Assembly: GCA_951406725.2 (NCBI GenBank)
Contig: OX597824.1
Location: 76,694,001-76,758,000 of the forward strand
Length of the DNA: 64,000 nt
Source of the DNA: Octopus vulgaris
Lineage: Eukaryota
Reading direction: 5' to 3'
The position numbers and the translations under genes are program-made. How positions within the stretch are numbered: the stretch's first letter is position 1; every line of letters begins with the position of its first letter. This document shows, piece after piece, positions 52,978 to 64,000 of this stretch. The notes beneath the pieces are model-generated. The model searched no databases and was not told the DNA's origin. It saw nothing but the letters and a program-made list of their open reading frames with translations.

Positions 52978-54832
52978 TGTATGTATGTATGTATGTATGT
53001 ATGTATGTATGTATTTAATCCAGGTCTCTCCACCTATGAATATTAGCTAAATCTCCATGAAATCACATCGTACTATCTTGAAACAGGACAACTTGGATAT
53101 GCTTTTCTCTTCTTTTATTCTTTTATTCGTTTCAGTCATTTTGACTGCGGCCATGCTGGAGCACCGCCTTTAGTCGAACAAATCGACCCCAGGACTTATT
53201 TTTTATAAACCTATTACTTATACTATCGGTCTCTCTCTCTACACACACATACACTTACATACATATATATATATAAACATATACATGTATACAACGGGCT
53301 TCCTTCAGTTTCCGTCTACCAAATCCAGTCACAAGGCTTTGGTTGGCCCGAGGCTATAGTAGAGGACACCCGCCCAAAGTGTCACGCAGTGGGACTGAAC
53401 CTGGAACCATGTGGTTGGTTAGCAAGCTACTTACCACAGTCATTCCTACGCCTCTGTGTAAAGACATGATGTACAGAAGATGAATACTTTTCATCATAGG
53501 TAAACAAAGTTTGTAATTATAGACTGACACTAGTATATAATACCTGGGCTCAGGAATTTGCTGAGACAAACTTTTTGGGAATAGGTGTCGAAAGAACGTT
53601 TACAGTCCCTAATAGAATTCCTCAGACAGAGTCTTTGATTCTGTTTAATTAGAGAGGAAATGGTGATAGACAACAACAACTACAACTACTACTATACAGT
53701 TTCCTCTATGTGGCCGTTTTGTCTGGTAGAAATAGTAAGTCTTAAGGCGGTGAGCTGGCAGAAACGTTAGCACGCCAGGCAAAATGCTTAGCGGTATTTC
53801 GTCTGCCGCTACGTTCTGAGTTCAAATTCCGCCGAGGTTGACTTTACCTTTCATCCTTTCGGGGTCGATTAAATAAGTACCAGTTACGCACTGGGGTTGA
53901 TGTAATCGACTTAATCCATTTGTCTGTCCTTGTTTGTCCCCTCTGTGTGTAGCCCCTTGTGGGCAATAAAGAAATAAGAAATAGTGGGTAAGTTTACCGC
54001 AATGATAGTTAAAACGAAGGGAAAATTGAACAGTGTAGTTTTGGATAAAATACCTATTTCTTTACTACCCACAAGGGGCTAAACACAGAGAGAACAAACA
54101 AGGACAGACAAACGGATTAAGTCGATTACATCGACCCTAGTGCATAACTGGTAGTTAATTTATTGACCTCGAAAGAATGAAAGGCAAAGTCGACCCCGGC
54201 GGAATTTGAACTCAGAACGTAACGGCAGACGAAATACGGCTACGCATTTCGCCCGGCATGCTAACGTTTCTGCCAGCTCGCCGCCTTTTTTTTTGGATAA
54301 AATATATTTAAATGCGAGGCAAGGTTATTATTTGAATGACTTTGACTGTAGTTCTACTCTGTCAGCGTTTACATGGAGTTAAAAGAACGGCAGCAGCAGA
54401 ACACCAACAACAGAAATATGACCAGCAGCAAACACTGTGAAACCATCATCATCAGCAGCAATGCTGACAGCAACAGGGTAAATGCTGTGAAATCACGTTT
54501 ACATCCTGGAGCTATTCTATTACAACGCTGTAAGGGCTTACAATATGTCTGACTTAATACTGCGTAGAAATTAGGCTTATATTGATTTCTCGACGTCCAG
54601 CAAAGCCACACATCTGTAGTGTCAGCATAAAGATAATGGAGCAATATCGATTGAACAACAATTCTGTGATGTTCATTCGTTTCTCAAAGTCAGTGTATTG
54701 ACTCAAACGAAGTAACATATGTACATCCTCATTTCAAAAGGGAAAAAGGGATATTTAGTTGCTCTTTCTAGCAAACTGAGCGATCAAAGGGATACGTGTT
54801 TCCGAGTTAGCTGGTCGCTGCTGTTTTATGTA

Positions 54833-55227
54833 CCTATTTCTTTACTACCCACAAGGGCTAAACACAGAGGGAACAAACAAGGACAGACAAACCAGTGCGT
54901 AACTGGTACTTATTTAATCGACCCCGAAAGGATGAAAGACAAAGTCGACCTCGGCGGAATTTGAATCCCGAACGTAACGGCAGACGAAATACATATTTCT
55001 TTACTACCCAGAAGGGGCTAAACACAGAGAGGACAAACAAGGACAGACAAACGGATTAAGTCGATTATATCGACCCCAGTGCGTAACTGATACTTATTTA
55101 ATCGACCCCGAAAGGATGAAAGGTAAAGTCGACCTCGGCGGAATTTGAACCCAGAAACGTAACAGCAGACGAAATACAGCTACGCATTTCGCCCGGCGTG
55201 CTAACGTTTCTGCCAGCTCACCACTTT
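54833..55227 (-). mobile_element. SINE family A dimer
   Basis: TSD ctgctgttttatgta (54818-54832 / 55228-55242). Confidence 0.88.
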
Positions 55228-56100
55228 CTGCTGTTTTATGTATAATTCATTGCAAGGCAACGAATTAGCAGAATCGTTAAAACGTCTGTTTAAATGTTGT
55301 GTACTGATCCCCTGCACTCCGTGTTCAAATCTTGCCGTGATCTAATTTGCGTTTCATCTTTATTATTTATATATTTATTTATGCGCCCTTTTCAAACCTA
55401 GCCAGGCTCATGGGCCCAGTTTCCCGGTTTCTGTGGCGTATGTGTTCCTCCCAGCTGGACGGGACGCCAGTCCATCTCAGCGTTACTCAAGAAGTTGTAG
55501 CGAAAGAGCACAACAGGTGTCGCCTCCTCTCCCTGCGGGAGCCTCGTGGACCTTTTAGGTGTTTTCGCTCAATAAACACGCACAACGCCCGGTCTGAGAA
55601 TCGAAACCGCGATGTTCTGACCACGAGTCCGCTGCTCTAACCACTGGGCCATTGCACCTCCACTTTCATCTTTAACCGGATAATTAACTTCATTTCACAA
55701 GGACGCAGGTATGTAGTTCCAGATCCGGCGCCAGAGGGCGGAATTTTGGTCAAGTGGTTTTTACCAAGGCCTCATAATTGAAACTAGTAGAGACTGTGAG
55801 TAAACTCGCGTCATGTTAGTGTGTGTGTGTGTGTGTGTGTGTGAATGTATATTTTATCTTTTACTTGTTTCAGTCATAAGACTGAGGTCATGCTGGGGCA
55901 CAACCCTGAAGAATTTTTAGTCGAATGAATCTACCCAGTACCTTTTTAAAGCCTGGTACTTATTCTTTCGTTTACCATTTGCGGAACCGCTACGTCACGG
56001 AGACATAAAAACTAAAATGCCAACACCGGTTGTCTATTTTTCTGTCTGTTTGTCTGTCGCTCTCTCTTTCACTCTCTCTCTCTTTCTCTCCCTCTCTCTC

Positions 56101-56145
<45 letters not shown>

Positions 56146-57129
56146 ATGTATGTCTATGAGTGTGCGTGTATGCCTTTGTGTTTGCGTTTATAACCCGACA
56201 TCACCGCTTCGAAACCGGTATTGGTCCTTTTACATCCACATAAAAAAGAAACTGAAGCAAAACATTTCAAGCGTAAAACCAAGGTCTGATGAATCTAATA
56301 GATGCCCTATATCACAGTCACACTCCTCTACATTTTTCCCTAGGCATCCTATCCTTTTTGAAAAAAATAGCAACAAAGAAGGCAAATAAGGATTTCCATA
56401 ATAAAAATAGTAATTACAATGCGTATTAACGTAGTAGTTAAACGTATGCATATTTATACGTAGAAAAATACACACCTCACACGCAAAAATATGCTCGTAC
56501 AGGAACGGTACGCGCGAGCAACAACACATACATTTATTATTTTCGCAAATGCCTCATTTGGGAAAGAAGCCGCAAGGCATGTACATATATAGCTAGCTGC
56601 CACAGATAGATAAGCCTATCTGCTCATTAATTGGAGAGAGAGAGAATGACAGAGACATAGACAGAAATACAGATAACAGGGATGTAGTAAGAAAGAAAAT
56701 GAGAGAGATACATATACAGATATAAAGAGCGAGTTAGAAAATGATTAGGTGAACAGACAGACAGACAGACAGACAGACAAGACAGAGACAAGGAGTGGAA
56801 GTACGAAATCAATACCCTTTAGCATTCCTGTGACATCTCATCAATTTTAGATGTTTCATTTGATCTTATTTTAACTTGAATCTTCAGACGAGTTGCAAGG
56901 TCAAGGTTGGTGAATTTGAACTGTAAAAAGAGACTTGGAAAATCTATAATTTTTCAGATTGTTAATCCTATTTTTAGACATGAACATTTTACTACGTTTG
57001 CACAGCGTTTACATTAAATTTGATCTCCGATCGTCACTATGTTTCTTAAACCTATTTGTGTACATTGTATATTACTTTATCCGAAAGAGGAACTTATATT
57101 TCGAAACGCCGGTGTCCTTGAGGGTAATA

Positions 57130-58385
57130 AACGTTAATACAACTTAGTCTGCTACGTTTGATTACCGCAATGAATATCTGGGTAGTTGCGGTGGTCAGAT
57201 ATAGTGCGTCCATCCTCAAATGGACCAAGCAGGAAATATCAACACTGGATAGAAGGACGAGAAAGTTGATGACGCTGCATGGAGCGCTACACCCTAAAGC
57301 AAACGTAAAAATACTGTATATGAAAAGAAAGAATGGTGACAGAGGACTAATTAGTATAGACCATTGAATAAGGAGTGAAAGGACAACGCTTGCCGAGTAT
57401 TTGATAAATAGTTTTGAAGACCTGCTGCAATATGCTGCGAAAGATATGGGTGTAAATACAGATGAAATGATAGGCAAGGAAGAGTTTAACCAAAGAGCTG
57501 AGGAGAAAAGAAAAGAAGACCTTCTTGAAATGAGAATGCATGGACAGTTTGAAAAGAATACACAGGACGTTAAGGATAATACAGGACGTTAAGGATAATA
57601 AAGCATCGTGGGCATGGCTTGAGCGAGGTGATTTGAAGCGTACCACCGAAAGCCTGACCATTGCTGCACAATACCAGGCTCTCGCTACCAATTCAGTGAA
57701 GTATATTATCTGTAAAACTTCTGACAGCCAGAAATGCAGACTTTGTGAAAAGAGTGTAGAAAATGTGACCCACTTGGTAAGTGGATGTGAGAGCCCTGCA
57801 CAAAAAGAATACAAGCGTCACCACGATAAAGTGTGTGTGCATCTTCATTGGCTCTTATGCCGTAAATACCTAATATGAAGTAACAGGTAATTGGCACGAG
57901 CATGTACCAAGTAAAGTTATGCAGTATGGTGGAAAAGTAACGATAGTCTGGGACTATGATTTTCAGACGGATCGTGTAATCGGCCGGATATTAGCATATT
58001 GAATAAGAGAGACAAATACTGTCGGATCATTGATGTAGCCATACCAAATGACATGAATGTTGCGAGTAAAGAGGTTGAAAATATCACCAAGTACTCTGAA
58101 TTGAAAGCGGAAAAGGCAAGACTGTATGGAATGCGAGAGAGTAATGTAAAAGTGATACCAGTGGTGATCGGAGCGGTGGGCTCAAACTCCACTGAAAATT
58201 CAAGACTTCCTAAGGCAACTGGAAACCCCATGCAAGACTGATGTCTTGCAAAAAGCAGCCTTATTGGGCACAGCGCACGTCTTAAGGTAAGTATTATCTG
58301 TCTGAGGTCCTTGTTGTGACTTGACAGATGAATAAAGACTCCGGTGCAATTTTCCCTAGACTGTGTTACGAAGGAATAATAATGA
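57130..58385 (+). mobile_element. R4/Dong-clade non-LTR retrotransposon, 5'-truncated and degenerate (RT tail, CCHC finger, restriction-like endonuclease)
   Basis: VVRYSASILKWT...LDRRTRKLMTLHGALHPKA; CRLCEKSVENVTHLVSGC; YKRHHDKV; RPDI...IIDVAIPND..KE...KYSEL; LQKAALLGTAHVLR; followed by (AAT)n. Confidence 0.85.
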
Positions 58386-58399
58386 TAACAAAGATTCGA

Positions 58400-58469
<70 letters not shown>

Positions 58470-58647
58470 GTAATAATAATAATAATAATATTAATGATAA
58501 TAATAAGAGTGCAACTGTTATCGAATGAGTAACATCAACACTTAAATGATGATGATGATGATGATGATGACAACAACAACAACAACAACAACAACTACAA
58601 TAATAATAATAATAATAATTATAATAATAATAATAATAATAATAATC

Positions 58648-58679
<32 letters not shown>

Positions 58680-58680
<1 letters not shown>

Positions 58681-59482
58681 GTCAGACATTATATTGTATG
58701 ACTTCAGACAAAAATCATGCCTCCTCATTGATATGAGTGTCACAATCGACATAAATGTATCTGACAAGACCTACCAAAAACTGAACAAGTATAAAGATCA
58801 TAAAATGGAAATTTGAAAAATGTGGAACCTGAAGACTAAAACAATACCTGTTGTCATAAGTGCTCTGGGAATGATAGCAAAAGGGGCTGATTGCTAGCTA
58901 GCTCAGATACCAGGAAATCCAAAAGCAGAAGAAAACCAAGAGATAGAGCTCATGGGAACTACTCATATCCTACGTAAAATATTGTTTATGTAATCACAGA
59001 AATAGTTGAATTCGTATACAGTGTCAAAATACTTTTAAATGTACATTACAGCAACCACATTTTACTGTCATTTTAGCATCAGACTATCGTCTTATAATCA
59101 AATTACTTTTAAAACAAACATCTAATTTACTTATGCTTTGACAGACATTAATCTTTAGAACATTACTCTCTGCGAAACCAAATATATGGCCTCGTAGTCG
59201 CGACACCGACTTGAACATCAAACGTGTTGTCTCTTGAGGTTTCTGGGTGAGACTCGGTGTCAACTAATAAAAAGCAAAAGTCAAACATATAATAATAATA
59301 ATTCCCTTTTTTCTTTTTTTTTTTTTATTTTATTTTTATGTATTAGACATTCACTAGTACAACACCAAAAAAAAACAAAAAAACCCCAAATATATGGCAC
59401 AGAACTTCCAACCTGTTGTCTCTTGAGGTCTCTGGGTGAGACTTGGAGCCAACTTGTACAGACATAAAGCAAAAGTCAAACA
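58680..59482 (+). mobile_element. Second R4/Dong-like 3' fragment with a duplicated 3' UTR end
   Basis: Between (AAT)n tracts; reads DIILYD...CLLIDMSV..D.NVSDKTYQKLNKYKD...IPVVISALG...GTTHILRKIL. The terminal UTR block ...aagcaaaagtcaaacata(aat)n occurs at about 59225-59300 and again at about 59414-59500. Confidence 0.78.
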
Positions 59483-59523
59483 TAGAATAATAATAATAAT
59501 AATAATAGTAGTAGTAGTGGTAT

Positions 59524-59583
<60 letters not shown>

Positions 59584-59606
59584 GAGCACCTGCAGCAGTA
59601 GCAGCA

Positions 59607-60146
59607 TGACCTGATGCAGTACCAGGCAGTGGCTCTCGTGGCTTCTGATCTTAACTGATTGGAAGTGTTATCATGTACATTGTTTTGTCTTGGTATAAAA
59701 GATGGGCTACAGCAAATATTCTGATCAATACCACAGATTTTCTTGTCAGTTGTTTGACCTTAATCAGTTGACCATGTTTCTTAGTGGCTGACGATATGTG
59801 CATCTCTGATCACGAACAGAAGTAGTGGGGAAGCATCATAGCCGTGTGTTGAAAGGAATTCTTGGAGGTTTGGATAATTCACCTCTGGAAACATGGGTGT
59901 TTCATTCAACATCCTTAAACAGTCCTTATTCAGGGACCTTTTGAGCGGGATGGGCTACTCGATCAGAAGAAAATTCAAACTGGGCCTCACCTGTTATCTT
60001 GATAGGAGATCACCATGTCGAGCACATATGGTTGTGATGTATGTGCCTGGTGTACCCTTATCAGACGGGTAGTCATGATGGGTATACTGGGCTTCGCATA
60101 TTTTACCCCATTGTCATTTTGATGGCATTCACTGCTCTCTCACACA
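59607..60146 (+). mobile_element. Second copy of the (AAT)n-associated non-coding element
   Basis: cctgatgcagtaccaggcagtggctctc...cactgctctctcacac followed by aataataac. Confidence 0.8.
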
Positions 60147-60300
60147 ATAATAACAATAATTATACCTCGAAAGGATGAAAGGCAAAGTCGACCTCGGCGG
60201 AATTTGAACTCAGAACATAAAGACAGACGAAATACCTCTAAGAATTTCGCCCGGCATGCTAACGATTTCTGCCAGGATATCGCCTTGATGATGATGATCT

Positions 60301-60364
<64 letters not shown>

Positions 60365-60389
60365 GGTGGTGGTGGTGGTGGTGGTGATA

Positions 60390-60458
<69 letters not shown>

Positions 60459-61619
60459 CACCTCGTTTGAGCTCAAAACAGAAACACAAATACTAGAATA
60501 CTATATATGTTAAATCAATATCTGCAAGCAATGATTGAATGAAAAATAACATACCTGACCTTTCTTTAGCAATTGTTTATTCAATTTTAAGAGCACAGAA
60601 TTATGAGCGAGCAAATTCTATTCTGCTTTAGTAATAATATCGTATGGAAAAGTTTTTACAATAACCAGCGTACAGATTCCTACTAAACAGCTGGCTAATG
60701 TCATTCACCCTTTGATTCTAAACAATCAAAGGTAAACGTGGGTGTATTGATTATCTTTGGTATTTCCCACACGTTATTATTTGTGTATTTGTCTAATTGT
60801 TTTCGCTTTCTTTTCTGTTCCGTATTTTTACATCAAGCTAAATGACGTATCGAAGATTAAAGAAGAAATCTTGTCTTTTGTCTATTATTTGTTCCAGTCA
60901 TTAGACTGCGGTCATGCTCGGTCACCGACTTGAAGAATTCTTGTCGAACGATTCGACCCTAGTACTTTTTTCATTTTTTATTTTAAAGCGTGGTATTCTA
61001 TTGGTCGCTTCACCCGGACTGCTAAGTTACGGGGTTGTAAACATTCTAACACTACTTCACGAGCACACACAGACGACACATATACAACCACATACACAGA
61101 CAACACATATACAACCACACACACACATGCATACATATATATACAGGCATACGTACATCAATGCATGCATACATTACTCATATACATATGTGTGTTTGTT
61201 CCTTCTCGAGCCATGCCTGGCTCATAAGGACCGGTTTCCCGGTTTCACTGGCGTATAGGTTCCCCACCTGTACGGAACGCGGGTCTGTCACAGGTGAGCT
61301 GCAAGATGCAGGAGGAAAGAGTGAGAGGAAGTTGTGGCGAAAGAGTCAGCAGAAGTTCGACATTACCTTCTGCCGGAGCCGCGTTGAGCTTATGTGCTTC
61401 GCTCATAAACACACACATCGCCCTGCTTGAGATTCGAACCTGCGATCCCTCTATCACGAGTCCGCTGCTCTAACTACTAGGCCATGTGCCTCCAATATAT
61501 ACATATATGTATGTATATTTGCATGTATGTATGTATGTATGTATGTATGTATGTATGTATGTATGTATGTGTGTATATATATATATATACACAAACATAC
61601 ATACATACATACACACACA

Positions 61620-61702
<83 letters not shown>

Positions 61703-61704
61703 TA

Positions 61705-62937
61705 TTAGGTTGTTTCATTTGAAATGTCGTATTTGAAAGGTAACAATAAAATGTCTCAGAAGTGTTAGAGAACTGATTAATTTAATCAAAGTATAATCCA
61801 TGTTCAATTATGATGTTTACCCAGCGTTCCTTTATGTCATATATTCCATCTTTAAAAAAAAAAATCATCTTCTGCTGTGATAAACTGTCCGAATGTTTCA
61901 ATTACCTCTTCTCTATTTAAGAATGTTTTATTGCTTATGAAAAGCCTCAAATCCCCAAAATGCTAAGATAAGTGATGATCAGTAGGAGAGACACCAGAGG
62001 AATAGGGAGGATATTGCAATATGTCATAATTCAGGCTTTGCAACTTTTGGACCGTAGCTTGACGAGTGTGAGGACGTGCATTGTCATTGAGCAGAATTGG
62101 GCAATCTCTAATCACTAATCTGGGTTTCTTCTTTTTCAAATTCTCATGCATGAAATCAATTTCCTGGCAATATGTTGCTGTTTTTCCTTGTTGCAAAAAT
62201 GAATACACTTTTTCTTTCTCAGACCACCATACAGTGATCATAAGCTTTTTAGGGTGCAATGGTGGGTTTTGGCAGTGTTTAGGTGACTTTCCCGCATCTA
62301 ATCGCTGTCCTTTTCTCCTGCTGTTGTTAAAAAGTATCCATTTCTCATCACAAGTAATGATTTGATGCAAAAACGGTCTTTTTCCAATCGAGAAAGCAAT
62401 AAGGAGCACACGTCGAGGCGTCTGTTTTTTGAATCACGTTCTGTTGATGTAGAACAAACCTATCTGTTTTCTTGACTTTTCCAATTTTTTTACAGTTGTC
62501 GAAAAACGGATGTGCGAGATGTTTGGAGTTCTAATGAAAGTTTTAGAACATTTTTTCTCGGATTTTGTGCATTTAATATATCATGCCGAATAATTGATTT
62601 AGGCCTACCCCTTGGTTTATTTTCAAGGCTATTATCTGAACGAGAGCTTTGGAAATATCTCTAAACAGTTCTGAAGTCAACAAAACCAGTACCAAAGGTC
62701 CGCTTGATATTCCGTAGTGCATCTGCGGCACAGTAACCCAGTTTGTACTCATACGAGAAAATCACTCAACATAGTTTGGTTGTTATCATTTTCGTAAGGT
62801 CTGTGGGTACGGATTTAGTATACCAATATTATTGGGAAGGAAAAAGAGTCAAGTTTAAAGACAACGTATACATACTTGAGTTTTTAAATGACTGAAAGGA
62901 CAATTACAAATTGGACATTTCATGTGACACAACCAAA
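61705..62937 (-). mobile_element. Full-length degenerate mariner (DD34D) transposon
   Basis: TIRs ttaggttgtttcatttgaaatgtc / gacatttcatgtgacacaaccaaa with TA flanks; about 1.23 kb. Confidence 0.88.
61963..62409 (-). pseudogene. Mariner transposase catalytic-domain fragment
   Basis: IITCDEKW, LHPKKLMITVWW, LLNDNARPH, YPPYSSGVSPTDHHL. Confidence 0.9.
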
Positions 62938-62957
62938 TATATTTATATTCATATATG

Positions 62958-63012
<55 letters not shown>

Positions 63013-63013
63013 A

Positions 63014-63080
<67 letters not shown>

Positions 63081-63349
63081 CAAGATGGGTGCTGAAAAGT
63101 TCCTGACTTTGGGTAAAAGAAAATACAGAAGGATCAGTAGATTATATTATTATTCAAGGTGGTGCTATTAAGTTAGACATGGCCTGGGCCAATAATGGCC
63201 GAAACCTATCAAAGTATCAAAGTATTCCCCTCTCAGATTCACACACTTATTGCAGCAATCCTTCATTCTTTCCGAGTCCTGTGAAAGAAATCGGGAGGAT
63301 GGGTCTCCAGCAGAGCCTTTTGCAATACCCTTAAAGCCAAGGACTTTAT
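63081..63349. mobile_element. Mariner-like MITE
   Basis: Imperfect TIRs aaaagttcctgacttt / aaagccaaggactttt; TA tracts on both sides. Confidence 0.55.
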
Positions 63350-64000
63350 ATATATATATAGTGACTATATTTATATTGAATTGATTTTACTGTTATCAGT
63401 TTGAAAATATAGCCACGAAACACGTGTAGTCTTTTTACCAATTATATTCTATTCATTTATTATTTTGTACTTTACTTAATTATTGGTATATGTTTTATCG
63501 TATATTTAATTTTTTTCTATATGGTTTGATCTAATTATATCATTGTTGAACTGCTACATGGTGGTTCTTCTCTAATTCATATATCTATATATATATATGA
63601 CGGGTTTTTTCCTCCCACATATCGGTTGCAATAGAAACAATCACCTAAGGTTAACACTAAAACTAGGCGAGCAGTTAGATCATTTTACTTAAGTATCCGG
63701 TTTGGGGTAAACATCTTTCCTCCCCCGCCCCCTCGCATATTAGGAGTCTCTGGGGCCTGACAAAGAAATAGACATAGGAGCTGATCTTCACTCTTGAAAA
63801 AAATTAACACTGTTAGCTCCATGAGATGCTTCATAGAAGGATCGAAAACGATGTAATAAATATGACAAGTAAGAAATCTAATATTTCGAGCATTCCTTAC
63901 CCTGCATCAAGAGAATAAAGGCATATCGAAATGATAGTTCTTCCAATCTCTATATAAACTGAACTCATCAAACTCTTCAACTTTTCTCTGATTTCTTTTA

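Noticed and set aside
59610-59627. Resemblance of cctgatgcagtaccagg to U2 snRNA 3' stem-loop IV
   Set aside because: The match is too short and gapped, and no other U2 sequence is present.
63878-63915. Hammerhead-like UUGAUGC...GAAAuauUA on the minus strand
   Set aside because: Two core substitutions and weak stems; at best a decayed remnant.

Overview
Very AT-rich eukaryotic DNA saturated with microsatellites and mobile elements; no host protein-coding gene can be supported. The SINE and repeat repertoire resembles an octopus (coleoid cephalopod) genome (inference). Nearly all ORFs in the track are simple-repeat artefacts. The real coding material is transposon-derived: (i) a near-complete Naiad-type Penelope-like retroelement (PLE; RT plus C-terminal GIY-YIG, minus strand, about 23832-26546) inserted in (TA)n; (ii) fragments of a second PLE; (iii) R4/Dong-like, RTE-like and gag-knuckle retrotransposon fragments; (iv) several Tc1/mariner relics and MITEs; (v) dozens of tRNA-derived SINEs. 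The most notable hidden signal is a dense set of type I hammerhead ribozymes: about 9 with intact cores plus several variants. They sit in short, circularly permuted, often fold-back units of about 350-480 nt. One subset also carries a second multi-hairpin RNA motif that covaries across six diverged copies, which suggests a retrozyme-like non-autonomous system probably mobilised by PLEs. All structures and alignments were read by eye, and element boundaries are approximate unless TIRs or TSDs are quoted.
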